Assembly (NCBI GenBank): GCA_018394315.1
Contig: CP074575.1
Coordinates: 124,001-188,000, forward strand
Reading direction: 5' to 3'
DNA length: 64,000 nucleotides
DNA from: Mycoplasmatota bacterium
GTDB lineage: Bacteria > Bacillota_I > Bacilli_A > MAG-NZ
The notes under the pieces were generated by a model. It was given only the letters and a program-made list of their open reading frames with translations, was not told where the DNA came from and did no database searches. Shown here piece by piece: positions 1-9,724 of the stretch; the first letter of the stretch is position 1; every line of letters begins with the position of its first letter. The translations under genes were made by a program, and so were the position numbers.

Positions 1-790
1 TAGAATGATAAATTCCCTCTTCTGGACAAACAGATTGGTCAATTGCATATATTACTGTTAATAAATCATGTATTACGCATCCTGTGTATCTACTATGCTT
101 CCAATATGACTCTATATAAGGCCCAACCATTTCAAATAATATTTCGCCTAATTTCCCACCTTCAAGTTTCATGAAAGTTAAGTCATTACCTGTAAACACA
201 GAGGCATGAGTTACATCTAATCCAATCATATGAATAGGTACGTCGGTACCGATACTAAACATAATCTCTACGGCCTTAGCGTCATACCAATAGTTAAACT
301 CAGCTACTGGAGTAATATTACCTCTATGTACTCCACCACCCATTGTCCATATTACTTTTACTTTTTTCATTGTTTCTGGATCTTTTTCAATTGCTAATGC
401 GATATTAGTAACTGGTCCTAAAGCTATTATTTCAATTTCACCTGGATTAGCTTTAACAGTTTCTAAAATATAATCAACTGCATGCATATCAGATAATTTA
501 GACTCATCATAATCTAGTTTTACTCCACCTAAACCATCGGCTCCATGAGTAGCTCCAGCATCTTCACTAACCTTAAGCATAGATTCTCCAGCACCTTTAT
601 ATACCATACAATCATAGTCCATTAGGTGTACAAGTTTTAGTGCGTTTGTTGTTGTAAATTCAATTCCTTTGTTTCCTGCTACTGTACAAATCCCTAATAC
701 GTCCATATCTGGTTGTTTCATAGCTGCTATAATTCCATATGCATCATCGATTCCTGGATCTGTATCAAATATTATTTTTCTTTTATCCAT
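1..790 (-). CDS. Nucleoside hydrolase (IU-NH family), 3' end runs off the window edge
   Basis: Not in the ORF track. Manual translation from ATG 790 gives MDKRKIIFDTDPGIDDAYG... with the DxDxGxDD motif, later LGPVTNIALA and AEFNYWYD; AGGTG RBS upstream. Confidence 0.92.
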   Translation of the reverse strand, partial: MDKRKIIFDTDPGIDDAYGIIAAMKQPDMDVLGICTVAGNKGIEFTTTNALKLVHLMDYDCMVYKGAGESMLKVSEDAGATHGADGLGGVKLDYDESKLSDMHAVDYILETVKANPGEIEIIALGPVTNIALAIEKDPETMKKVKVIWTMGGGVHRGNITPVAEFNYWYDAKAVEIMFSIGTDVPIHMIGLDVTHASVFTGNDLTFMKLEGGKLGEILFEMVGPYIESYWKHSRYTGCVIHDLLTVIYAIDQSVCPEEGIYHS

Positions 791-798
791 TTTCACAC

Positions 799-1776
799 CT
801 ATTTTAAAATATAACCTTTCTTCTTCATCAGCTCATAATCAGCAACGTGTTCTGGGAATATTGTCTTAAAGAATACGTCAAAGAACTTAACTTTATCAAC
901 TTCCATACACATCTTTGCATTAATTGGGTAATCGCCATCGAAGTCCGAAGGAACATCAAATCCAACTACAGACTCCCCTATACATAAATCTTCTGTTTCA
1001 ACATCTATATTACATGGATAAGCTTTCATAATTGACTCATCTATTAAGTAAGATACCAATAACGGATCATTAATTATACAACCCAATGTTCTTTCTTGTT
1101 CCCAGTGAAAATCTACATAAAACTGTGTAATATCATAAACATACTGAGCAACTTCTCCACCGAATTGTTTAACCATTTCTCTCATGTTTGGACTAAATAA
1201 GATATCGTATGTTACATCTAATCCAGCTACGGTAACATTAGGTAGATTTGCTTTGAAAAATCTTTTTGCTGCATGCGGATCTACCCAAAAATTATACTCA
1301 GCAACCGGGCTACAGTTACCATGAATTTTAGCAGCTCCACCCATAACAACAATTCTACCGACTTTTCTCATCGTCTCAATATCTTTTTCGATAGCTAAGG
1401 CTAAATTAGTTAATGGCCCTAAAGCACAGATTGTTACTTCATTTGGATTCTCTTTGATAGTATCTAAGATAAAATCAATAGCACCATCATTGGCTTTTCC
1501 CTTAACCTTATAATTCATTCCACTTAATCCATCAGGCCCATGTGTGTCTGTTGCATCTACATAGTCTCTAACAAGTGGTAATTCAGCCCCTTTATATACA
1601 GGAATATCTCTTCCTGCAATTTCTAAAGCTTTAATTGCATTTATACTCCCTTGATTTACTTCAACGTTACCACTAGCAACAGTTATTCCTACAATATTTA
1701 AGTCAGATTTTGCTGCGAGTAATATAGCAAGTGAATCATCAATTCCAGGATCTACATCTAATATTATTTTCTTCAT
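799..1776 (-). CDS. Nucleoside hydrolase (IU-NH family)
   Basis: DVDPGIDD, HGPDG, LGPLTNLA, AEYNFWVDP motifs. Confidence 0.95.
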   Translation of the reverse strand: MKKIILDVDPGIDDSLAILLAAKSDLNIVGITVASGNVEVNQGSINAIKALEIAGRDIPVYKGAELPLVRDYVDATDTHGPDGLSGMNYKVKGKANDGAIDFILDTIKENPNEVTICALGPLTNLALAIEKDIETMRKVGRIVVMGGAAKIHGNCSPVAEYNFWVDPHAAKRFFKANLPNVTVAGLDVTYDILFSPNMREMVKQFGGEVAQYVYDITQFYVDFHWEQERTLGCIINDPLLVSYLIDESIMKAYPCNIDVETEDLCIGESVVGFDVPSDFDGDYPINAKMCMEVDKVKFFDVFFKTIFPEHVADYELMKKKGYILK

Positions 1777-2645
1777 CTTTCTAGCTCCAAGTCTTCTAAG
1801 TAAGGCATTGCAGTCTGAGCTCCTATCTTTTGAACAGTTTTAGAAGCAACTAAGTTTGCAATTTCGATTGCCTTCTTTAAATTAAAATTATTAAATAAAC
1901 CGTACGCAAGTGCTCCATTGAATGAGTCACCAGCACCGGTTGTATCTACTACATCAACCTTAAATCCTGGTACGTTTACAATACTGTCGCCATTATGGTA
2001 ATATACACCTTTATCTCCGCTAGTCATAATTACTTTATTTGGATATTGCTTTAAAACATTCTCCATTGAATCATTAAATATCATCTCTAATTCAATTTCG
2101 TTTGGAGTCAGATAATCTACTTTCTCGATTAATTCTAAGTCTAAATCTACAGCTGGAGCCGGATTTAAAATTACCTTAATACCTCTTTCATTACATACCT
2201 CAGTAACATACTCAACGGTTTCTAAAGGAATTTCTAACTGTAATAAGACAATTTTCGCATTATCAAACGCAGATAAATTATTCTTTACTAATTCCTTTGT
2301 TACCTCATTATTTGCTCCACTAACTACAATTATCGAATTATCACCTTCAGCAACTGTAATTTGAGCAATTCCACTAGGTACACCATCAATTTTTTTAACA
2401 TAATCCGTGTTAACGTTTTCATTTTTGAAGTTATTTAATGATAACTCCCCGTTTGAATCATTACCTACACAACCTACAAATAAAACTTCAGTTCCTAATT
2501 TTGCAGCACCTACAGCTTGATTAGCTCCTTTACCACCAGGTAAGGTAGTAAAATCGTTTCCAGTTATCGTCTCTCCAATTTTAGGAAATTTATCACTGAT
2601 CGTAATCAAGTCTGTATTGATACTTCCAACAACAACTATATTCAC
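1773..2645 (-). CDS. rbsK: Ribokinase
   Basis: GSINTD, PGGKGANQA and VDTTGAGDSFNG PfkB motifs. Confidence 0.95.
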   Translation of the reverse strand: MNIVVVGSINTDLITISDKFPKIGETITGNDFTTLPGGKGANQAVGAAKLGTEVLFVGCVGNDSNGELSLNNFKNENVNTDYVKKIDGVPSGIAQITVAEGDNSIIVVSGANNEVTKELVKNNLSAFDNAKIVLLQLEIPLETVEYVTEVCNERGIKVILNPAPAVDLDLELIEKVDYLTPNEIELEMIFNDSMENVLKQYPNKVIMTSGDKGVYYHNGDSIVNVPGFKVDVVDTTGAGDSFNGALAYGLFNNFNLKKAIEIANLVASKTVQKIGAQTAMPYLEDLELER

Positions 2646-2649
2646 TTTA

Positions 2650-3606
2650 TCACCCTTTCGTAGTATCCCGTACTACTAATTCTGTATCCAATATTACATT
2701 TTCTTTAATAGTTTCTTTTGTATCAATCATCTTTAATAATATTTCACTAACTTTATTACATAACTCGTCAATCGGCTGGGCAATTGTCGTTACTTTAGGA
2801 TATACTTGCTTGGATAATTGAATATTGTCAAACCCAACGATTTGTATATCATCAGGTATCTTAATGTTTCTTTCTAAACAAGTACTAATGAATCTAATTG
2901 AATCTATATCTGTCCAAATAAAAACGCCATCATATTTTTTTACTATTTCATTTACATCGTAACCAGAATCAACACACAAAGACGTAAACTCCATATCTTT
3001 TTCTAAGCATACATCTTCAAATGCTTTTTTTCTAAGTGTTGCAGGTTCGTTACTGAGTGATCCATGTAAATGCAATAATTTCTTACACCCATTTTCAATC
3101 AAACAGTTTGTCGCTTGAACTCCACCTTGATAGTGGTTAGATGTAACAGTAACAATAAAATCATTTGGATTATCATCAATTCTATCTAAAAGTACTATTG
3201 GTAAATCACTCTCAATTAATCTGTTTGATAAATAACCAGTAGCTGTAATTACTCCATCAATTCGATTTTGAAGAATCACATCAACATATCTTTCTTCTTT
3301 TTCTATACTTTCATTGGTATTGCATAAAATCATTTTATATCCAAGATCGGATAAATTAGTTTCAATAGAATTTGCCAACTCTGGAAAGAATGCATTTGAT
3401 ATTGTAGGTATAACCAAAGCGATTGTATAAGATTTTTTACTCTTAATGGATTGTGCAGCAGCGTTAGGATAATAATTTAACTCGCTCATAGCAGATTCTA
3501 TTTTGTTTGCAGACTTATTTGAAACATAGCCCTTCTTATTTAGGAATCTCGAGACAGTGGCTATTCCTACCCCAGCTTTTCTCGCTACGTCCTTTATCGT
3601 TTTCAT
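2650..3606 (-). CDS. rbsR: LacI-family repressor (RbsR-like)
   Basis: MKTIKDVARKAGVGIATVSR HTH; start moved to ATG 3606 after a GGAGG RBS. Confidence 0.88.
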   Translation of the reverse strand: MKTIKDVARKAGVGIATVSRFLNKKGYVSNKSANKIESAMSELNYYPNAAAQSIKSKKSYTIALVIPTISNAFFPELANSIETNLSDLGYKMILCNTNESIEKEERYVDVILQNRIDGVITATGYLSNRLIESDLPIVLLDRIDDNPNDFIVTVTSNHYQGGVQATNCLIENGCKKLLHLHGSLSNEPATLRKKAFEDVCLEKDMEFTSLCVDSGYDVNEIVKKYDGVFIWTDIDSIRFISTCLERNIKIPDDIQIVGFDNIQLSKQVYPKVTTIAQPIDELCNKVSEILLKMIDTKETIKENVILDTELVVRDTTKG

Positions 3607-3619
3607 TTTCCCTCCAATA

Positions 3620-3695
3620 TGGAAATGTTTCCACACTTTAATAATACTCCTACATGGAAGCGTTGTCAATGAAAATATGGAAATGTTTCCATATT
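3620..3695 (-). promoter_or_regulatory. SigmaA promoter (TTGACA-17-TATTAT) overlapped by three LacI-type operators
   Basis: -35 at 3664-3669 and -10 at 3641-3646 on the minus strand; operators TGGAAATGTTTCCA (3620-3633 and 3678-3691) and TGGAAGCGTTGTCA (3655-3668). Confidence 0.8.
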
Positions 3696-3891
3696 CTTAT
3701 AGAAATCTTACTCTCTGACAAATATATTTTTAGTAACCACAAATTATAATTAAAAGAGTTATGCCTATTTTATCCTTTACTAAAAAAATTTTAACTTTAA
3801 TCTTTAAAAGATAATCTATAATCATATATATGAGTGGATAAACTAATCAAAACTGTTATAATAAGATGACATTAACAATTGAGGTGGAGAA

Positions 3892-4806
3892 ATGTTTGAT
3901 TATATAAAAGAAATAGCAAAACTTAAGAAAGAAAAAAACGCTGTTATTTTAGCGCATTTTTATCAAAGACCAGAAATCCAAGACATTGCTGATTATACGG
4001 GTGACTCACTTTATTTAAGTAAGGTTGCTAGAGATATAGATGCTGAAATGATAGTTTTTTGTGGAGTTCATTTTATGGCAGAGACTGCTAAAATATTATC
4101 TCCCGACAAATTAGTTATTTTACCCCGCGAAGATGCTGGTTGTCCTATGGCTGATATGGCTACAGCCACTAAGCTGAAAGAATACAAAAAGAATAATTCA
4201 GATACTAAAATCGTTAGCTACGTAAATACCACTGCTGAAATCAAAGCTCTTAGTGATGTATGCGTTACATCTAGTAATGCTGAAACCGTTATAAAAGAGT
4301 TTAAAGACGAAAAACTTATGTATGTTCCTGATCAAAACTTAGGTTCTTATTTAAAAGATAAGTTTGATTTAAGAATGGACTTATGGCCTGGTTTCTGTTA
4401 TGTTCATAACAGATTTAATTTAGAGGATATTGAAGCAATGAAGCATAAATATCCTAAAGCTAAATTTTTAGCCCATCCCGAAATGAAATTAGAGATTGTA
4501 AAGCAAGCTGATTACGTCGGTTCAACAAAAGCACTTTTAGAATATACAAAACAAAGTGATGATAAACAGTTTTTAGTAGGTACTGAAGTAGGTATCATAC
4601 ACCAAATGAGACTAGCTAGTCCAGATAAAGAATTTATTGAAATCAATCAAGATTTTTATTGCCGTAACATGAAAAAGACTCGTTTAGAAGACCTATATAA
4701 TGCGTTACTTAACGAAGAAACAAAAATAACTATACCTGATGAAATTCTAGAACCTGCAAGAAAATCCTTGGATATTATGTTTGAAATAACTGAAAAAAAT
4801 GCATAA
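3892..4806 (+). CDS. nadA: Quinolinate synthase
   Basis: ILAHFYQ, FCGVHFMAE, AGCPMA, YVNT, CYVH, AHPE, CRNMK motifs. Confidence 0.97.
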   Translation: MFDYIKEIAKLKKEKNAVILAHFYQRPEIQDIADYTGDSLYLSKVARDIDAEMIVFCGVHFMAETAKILSPDKLVILPREDAGCPMADMATATKLKEYKKNNSDTKIVSYVNTTAEIKALSDVCVTSSNAETVIKEFKDEKLMYVPDQNLGSYLKDKFDLRMDLWPGFCYVHNRFNLEDIEAMKHKYPKAKFLAHPEMKLEIVKQADYVGSTKALLEYTKQSDDKQFLVGTEVGIIHQMRLASPDKEFIEINQDFYCRNMKKTRLEDLYNALLNEETKITIPDEILEPARKSLDIMFEITEKNA

Positions 4807-6280
4807 GACAAATTGTTTAATAATTGGTGGAGGATTAGCAGGTCTTTATGTTGCTTTACAAATAAAAGATAAGAATGTGACAATTCTAACAAAGAAAGAT
4901 ATAAAGAAAACTAATACATATTTAGCTCAAGGAGGAATAGCAGCTGAGATGACTTCAGATATTTCTTCTTTAGAAAAACATATTAACGATACGTTAAGAG
5001 CAGGGGCATGGCATAACAATCAGGAGGCTACTAAAAACTTAGTTTTTGAAGCAAAAGAAAATATATTAGAGTTAATCGATTTAGGCGTTAATTTCGATAA
5101 AGATACTAAAGGACAAATCTATAGAACACTTGAAGGCGGTCATTCAACAAGTAGAATCCTTCATGCAGGCGGAGATGCTACTGGAAAAGCAATCATGGAT
5201 GCGCTTATAGCCCAAGTTTTAAGTAAAGATAATATTGAAATAATATCTGATAGCATGGCTATTGACTTACTAGTTGATAATAATACGTGTTATGGCGTTA
5301 CTTATTTAGACAATGAAGAAAATCTAAAACATATATATTCTGATGTTACTGTAGTTGCTACAGGTGGATTAGGTGGAATTTATAAGTTTTCCACAAATCC
5401 CAAATACGCAACTGGTGATGGTATTGGACTAGTAGCTAGAGCAAATGGAGAGCTGAGCGACTTAGAATTCATTCAATTTCACCCTACTGCATTTTATGAC
5501 TCACTGGAAAAGAATCAGTGCTTCTTAATATCTGAAGCAGTTAGAGGAGAGGGTGCTTATTTATTTAACTCTGAGGGTGAAAGATTTATGAAATCTTATA
5601 GCGATTTAATGGAATTGGCTCCTCGCGATATAGTTTCTCAGAGTATTATTAAAGAAATGTATGATACTTGGAATGTATGTGTATACCTAGATGCTACACA
5701 TCTAGGTATAGAGAAATTAAAGAGAAGATTTCCTACAATATACGGCGAATGCCTTAAACGTGGATATAAGATGGAACAAGATTTAATTCCAGTAATACCA
5801 GTTCAACATTATTCAATCGGTGGAATAAAAACTGATCTGCTCGGTAAAACATCTATTCAAAATCTATATGCAAATGGAGAATGCGCATCAACTGGTGTAC
5901 ACGGAGCCAATAGATTAGCAAGTAATTCATTGTTAGAATGTATTGTGTTTGGAAATAGAATCGCTAGAGATATTAATAGTTCAAAAGAATCAATTAAAGA
6001 GTTCGAAAAAGTACAAATACCACAGAACTTAAATATAAGTTATAAACCTGTAAAAATAGAGATAGCAGAAATCATGGATAAATATGTTGGCGTTATTAGA
6101 ACTAAAGAACAATTAGAAATAGCAAAGAAGATAGTAAAGAAACATCTTGAAAATTTAAAGAGGAATCCAAATAACTCAAAAAATTATTATCAAGTATTAA
6201 ACATTGCTACGAGTGCTTACTTAGTAATAGAAAGTGCAATAGCAAGACCAAAAAGTATAGGATGTCACTATATAATTTAG
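4799..6280 (+). CDS. nadB: L-aspartate oxidase
   Basis: GGGLAG FAD motif, AQGGIAA, QFHPT, SEAVRGEG, HGANRLASNSLLE. Confidence 0.95.
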   Translation: MHKTNCLIIGGGLAGLYVALQIKDKNVTILTKKDIKKTNTYLAQGGIAAEMTSDISSLEKHINDTLRAGAWHNNQEATKNLVFEAKENILELIDLGVNFDKDTKGQIYRTLEGGHSTSRILHAGGDATGKAIMDALIAQVLSKDNIEIISDSMAIDLLVDNNTCYGVTYLDNEENLKHIYSDVTVVATGGLGGIYKFSTNPKYATGDGIGLVARANGELSDLEFIQFHPTAFYDSLEKNQCFLISEAVRGEGAYLFNSEGERFMKSYSDLMELAPRDIVSQSIIKEMYDTWNVCVYLDATHLGIEKLKRRFPTIYGECLKRGYKMEQDLIPVIPVQHYSIGGIKTDLLGKTSIQNLYANGECASTGVHGANRLASNSLLECIVFGNRIARDINSSKESIKEFEKVQIPQNLNISYKPVKIEIAEIMDKYVGVIRTKEQLEIAKKIVKKHLENLKRNPNNSKNYYQVLNIATSAYLVIESAIARPKSIGCHYII

Positions 6281-6289
6281 AGGTGAAAT

Positions 6290-7105
6290 ATGAATGATAT
6301 AAAAATAATAATAGAAAATGCTATTAAAGAGGATATGCCTAATGGTGATGTTACAACTGATAATCTTATTGATGATGATTCACTAATATCTGGTGAATTC
6401 ATCGCAAAGGAAGACGGTGTGATTTCCGGATTAGAAGTTGCTAAATTGGTATTTTCATATTTTGATGGTGTAACAATAATCCCAAATAAATGTGATGGTG
6501 ATTATGTATCTAATAAAGAAGTAATAGCCACAATCAAAGGTAAAACCAAAAGCATACTAAAAGGTGAAAGATTAGCTTTGAATATTATGCAACGAATGAG
6601 CGGTATCGCAAGTAGTACAAGAAAACATGTTGACTTAGTAAAAGACTATAACTGTAAAATTTTAGATACTAGAAAAACAACTCCTAATTTAAGAATACTA
6701 GAAAAATTGGCAGTGAAACACGGTGGAGGAACTAATCATAGACTAAACCTTAGCGATATGGTTATGATTAAAGATAACCACATAAAAGCCGCAGGGTCAA
6801 TTACAAATGCTGTTAACATTATTAAACAAAAGACCAATGACATCAAAGTTGAGGTTGAAGTTGAAAATTTAGCTATGTTTAAAGAAGCAATAAATTTGGA
6901 AGTTGATATTATCATGCTTGATAATATGAGTAATGATTTAATGAAAAAGGCTGTTGAATTAAATAACGGAAAAAAATTAGAAGCGAGCGGAAATGTAAGC
7001 CTTGACAGACTAGTTGGCATAGCCAAAACGGGAGTTGATTATATCTCAGTTGGCAATCTTACACATTCATATAAATCTTTAGATATTAGCTTGAAATTAA
7101 AATAA
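6290..7105 (+). CDS. nadC: Quinolinate phosphoribosyltransferase
   Basis: DTRKT, HRLNLSD, IKDNH, MLDN, EASG motifs. Confidence 0.97.
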   Translation: MNDIKIIIENAIKEDMPNGDVTTDNLIDDDSLISGEFIAKEDGVISGLEVAKLVFSYFDGVTIIPNKCDGDYVSNKEVIATIKGKTKSILKGERLALNIMQRMSGIASSTRKHVDLVKDYNCKILDTRKTTPNLRILEKLAVKHGGGTNHRLNLSDMVMIKDNHIKAAGSITNAVNIIKQKTNDIKVEVEVENLAMFKEAINLEVDIIMLDNMSNDLMKKAVELNNGKKLEASGNVSLDRLVGIAKTGVDYISVGNLTHSYKSLDISLKLK

Positions 7106-7125
7106 GGAATCAAATTCCTTTTTTT
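7104..7125 (+). terminator. Intrinsic terminator after nadC
   Basis: AAGGAAT-caa-ATTCCTT followed by a T run. Confidence 0.65.
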
Positions 7126-7171
7126 ATTGGAAATTTTGCACATAATAATATATAATAGTTCTGCTTAAAGC

Positions 7172-7210
7172 CGCAGTTCGAAACCATCCTGCGAAATCAA
7201 AACTAGGAGG
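7172..7210 (+). ncRNA. preQ1-I riboswitch overlapping the RBS
   Basis: Stem CGCAG/CTGCG, loop TTCGAAACCATC, A-rich tail AAATCAAAACTAGGAGG, directly upstream of a queuosine-precursor transporter. Confidence 0.9.
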
Positions 7211-7215
7211 AAATT

Positions 7216-7893
7216 ATGAATAATGAATTACTATGGGTAAGTTGGATAATAATCAACTTCGTACTAATCACTGTATCATATAAATTATTTGGAAAAACTG
7301 GACTTTTCATCTGGATTGCTTTTGGTACAGTTTTAGCAAATATTCAAGTAACAAAGAATATAGAACTATTCGGATTCGAAGCTACACTGGGTAATATTAT
7401 GTACGGAACCCTGTTCTTAGTAACAGATTCACTTGGAGAGTTATATGGATATAATGAATCTAAAAAAGCAGTTCAAATAGGATTCTTCACTTTAATTTCA
7501 ATGGTTATTATTATGCAAGTTGCACTTCTATTTACACCTACCACCTGGGATGAAGGTCACAGCGCGTTAAGTTACACTTTTGGCTTGATTCCAAGAATTG
7601 CTTTGGGTAGCGTTATTGCATACTTAATAAGCCAATTCCTTGATATTAACTTATTCATTAAGTTCAAAAACAAGTTCCCGAGTGACAAATATCTTTGGTT
7701 AAGGAATAATGGTTCTACAATTATTTCTCAATTTGTTGATACAATAATATTTGTTCCGATTGCATTCTTAGGTGTTTATGATTTTAATATTGTAACTTCA
7801 ATTTTCTTTACTACTTATTTCATTAAAGTACTAGTAGCGTTTTCAGATACACCGTTTATTTATTTAATTAAGAAAATTAAACCTCTTAGATAG
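7216..7893 (+). CDS. Queuosine precursor transporter (Vut_1/YhhQ family)
   Basis: Polytopic membrane protein with ANIQV, YLISQFLD, WLRNNGSTIISQFVDT, DTPFIY; preQ1 riboswitch upstream. Confidence 0.92.
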   Translation: MNNELLWVSWIIINFVLITVSYKLFGKTGLFIWIAFGTVLANIQVTKNIELFGFEATLGNIMYGTLFLVTDSLGELYGYNESKKAVQIGFFTLISMVIIMQVALLFTPTTWDEGHSALSYTFGLIPRIALGSVIAYLISQFLDINLFIKFKNKFPSDKYLWLRNNGSTIISQFVDTIIFVPIAFLGVYDFNIVTSIFFTTYFIKVLVAFSDTPFIYLIKKIKPLR

Positions 7894-7896
7894 TAC

Positions 7897-7927
7897 AGAA
7901 AAAGTTGATAATTTCAACTTTTCTTTT
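7897..7927. terminator. Bidirectional terminator between convergent genes
   Basis: AAAAGTTGA-loop-TCAACTTTT. Confidence 0.7.
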
Positions 7928-7941
7928 ATAAATCATTAGCT

Positions 7942-8466
7942 TTATTTCACATTTTTCTCAAAGTAACTTTGTTTATAACTACAAACAGGACAAACTAACG
8001 GAGCATTAGGTCCATTATGAAGATGTCCACAGTTAATACACTTCCATTCACTTGCATTGCCTTCAAAAAACTTCACAGCATTTAAGTCGTTGAGTAGTGA
8101 CTGATATCTATCTTCATGTTTATGTTCGATTATGGCTACTTGCTCAAAAAGTCTTCCTATATCATCAAAGCCTTCTTCAAATGCATCTTGAGCGAATTGT
8201 TTATACATCTCAGTCCACTCATAGTTTTCACCATTAACTCCATCTTGAAGATTTTCAGCAGTACTCTTTATCCCATGAATAAATCTATACCAAATTTCTG
8301 CATGAGCCTTTTCATTGTCTGCAGTTTCTTTAAAGATATCTGCAATCTGCTCATATCCTTCTTCTCTTGCTTTCTTCTCGTAGTAAGAGTACTTGTTCCT
8401 TGCTTGTGATTCTCCAGCAAAAGCAACTATTAAGTTATTTTCAGTTTTTGTATTTTTAAGTTCCAT
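7942..8466 (-). CDS. rbr: Rubrerythrin
   Basis: AFAGESQARNKY, ExxH motifs, C-terminal CxxC...CPVC rubredoxin domain. Confidence 0.95.
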   Translation of the reverse strand: MELKNTKTENNLIVAFAGESQARNKYSYYEKKAREEGYEQIADIFKETADNEKAHAEIWYRFIHGIKSTAENLQDGVNGENYEWTEMYKQFAQDAFEEGFDDIGRLFEQVAIIEHKHEDRYQSLLNDLNAVKFFEGNASEWKCINCGHLHNGPNAPLVCPVCSYKQSYFEKNVK

Positions 8467-8572
8467 ATTATCACCAATAATATATTATCCAGAACCACAA
8501 AAAATATCCATAAAGTGGGTATTAGTTATATCTTTTTTAATTAAGCGATTCTCTTAAATAAAAAAAAGAAAC

Positions 8573-9712
8573 TCAAATTGAGTCTCTTAGTTTTAGTAGT
8601 TTAGCTATATTTATAGATGTTAAGTATAAATTTTCTTTTGTAGAAGCCATTATTTTATCTAGAGAATCTACTCGATTCACTACAGAAAAAACAGCATCAA
8701 ATCCATTATCAAGTAACGTTTCAACAGAATCACCAAATACTGCTGAAATTCCTATACAATTTATTCCTTTTTTCTTTGCTCTTCTAGCTACTCCAATAGG
8801 TGCTTTATTCATGATTGTTTGTGAATCAAATCTTCCTTCTCCTGTAATTACTAAATCACAACCATCGATTAATTCATCAAACTTCAGGAAATCAAGTACA
8901 ATATCGATTCCGCTTTCTAGTTTCCCGTTAAGAAAAGTCATTAGACCAGCTCCAAGTCCTCCTGCTGCACCAGCTCCAGGCACATTTATTATATCTTTGT
9001 TTAGGTCTCTTTGAATTACTTCAGCTAGTCTAGATAAGTTTTGATCCATAACTTTAACCATATCAGAGTTTGCACCCTTTTGAGGTCCATAAACATATGA
9101 TGCACCATTAAGGCCAACTAGAGGATTATCAACATCACAAGCAACAATTATCTCAGTATTTGTTATCCTATTATCTAGATTTGTTACATCAATTGAATGT
9201 AAATTGCTAAGTCCCTCATTATTATTTTCTATTGGTAGGCCTGATTCATCTAAGAAACGTACCCCTAATGCACTTGCCATTCCGATACCACCATCATTAG
9301 TAGCACTACCACCTATACCAATGATTATCTTTTCTACACCATTTTCCAGTGCATCTAAAATCATTTGCCCTGTCCCATAGGTAGATGTTATCAATGGGTT
9401 TCTTTTATCTATAGGAACTAATCCTATCCCACTTGCGGTAGCCATCTCAATAAAAGCAGTTTTTGAATCGCCACTTATACCATATATCGCATTTACTTCA
9501 TCTGAAATTGGTGATAGTACTTTAACATTAATTAATCTACCTTCAGTAGCATCTATTAATGATTCAACAGTGCCTTCTCCACCATCTCCTATTGGGATAA
9601 CTTTAATATCAGATTCGGGTATACAATCCTTAAAACCTTTTTCGATTACTTGTCCAACTTCTAACGAAGATAGAGATTCTTTATATGAGTCACTAGCAAT
9701 TATTATTTTCAT
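8573..9712 (-). CDS. garK: Glycerate kinase
   Basis: DSYKESL, DGGEG, GGSATNDGG, GAAGGLG, TGEGRFD. Confidence 0.93.
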   Translation of the reverse strand: MKIIIASDSYKESLSSLEVGQVIEKGFKDCIPESDIKVIPIGDGGEGTVESLIDATEGRLINVKVLSPISDEVNAIYGISGDSKTAFIEMATASGIGLVPIDKRNPLITSTYGTGQMILDALENGVEKIIIGIGGSATNDGGIGMASALGVRFLDESGLPIENNNEGLSNLHSIDVTNLDNRITNTEIIVACDVDNPLVGLNGASYVYGPQKGANSDMVKVMDQNLSRLAEVIQRDLNKDIINVPGAGAAGGLGAGLMTFLNGKLESGIDIVLDFLKFDELIDGCDLVITGEGRFDSQTIMNKAPIGVARRAKKKGINCIGISAVFGDSVETLLDNGFDAVFSVVNRVDSLDKIMASTKENLYLTSINIAKLLKLRDSI

Positions 9713-9724
9713 ATTTCTTTCCTT

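Noticed and set aside
3840..3890. NiaR or NrtR operator upstream of nadA
   Set aside because: No clear palindrome matching those consensus sites.
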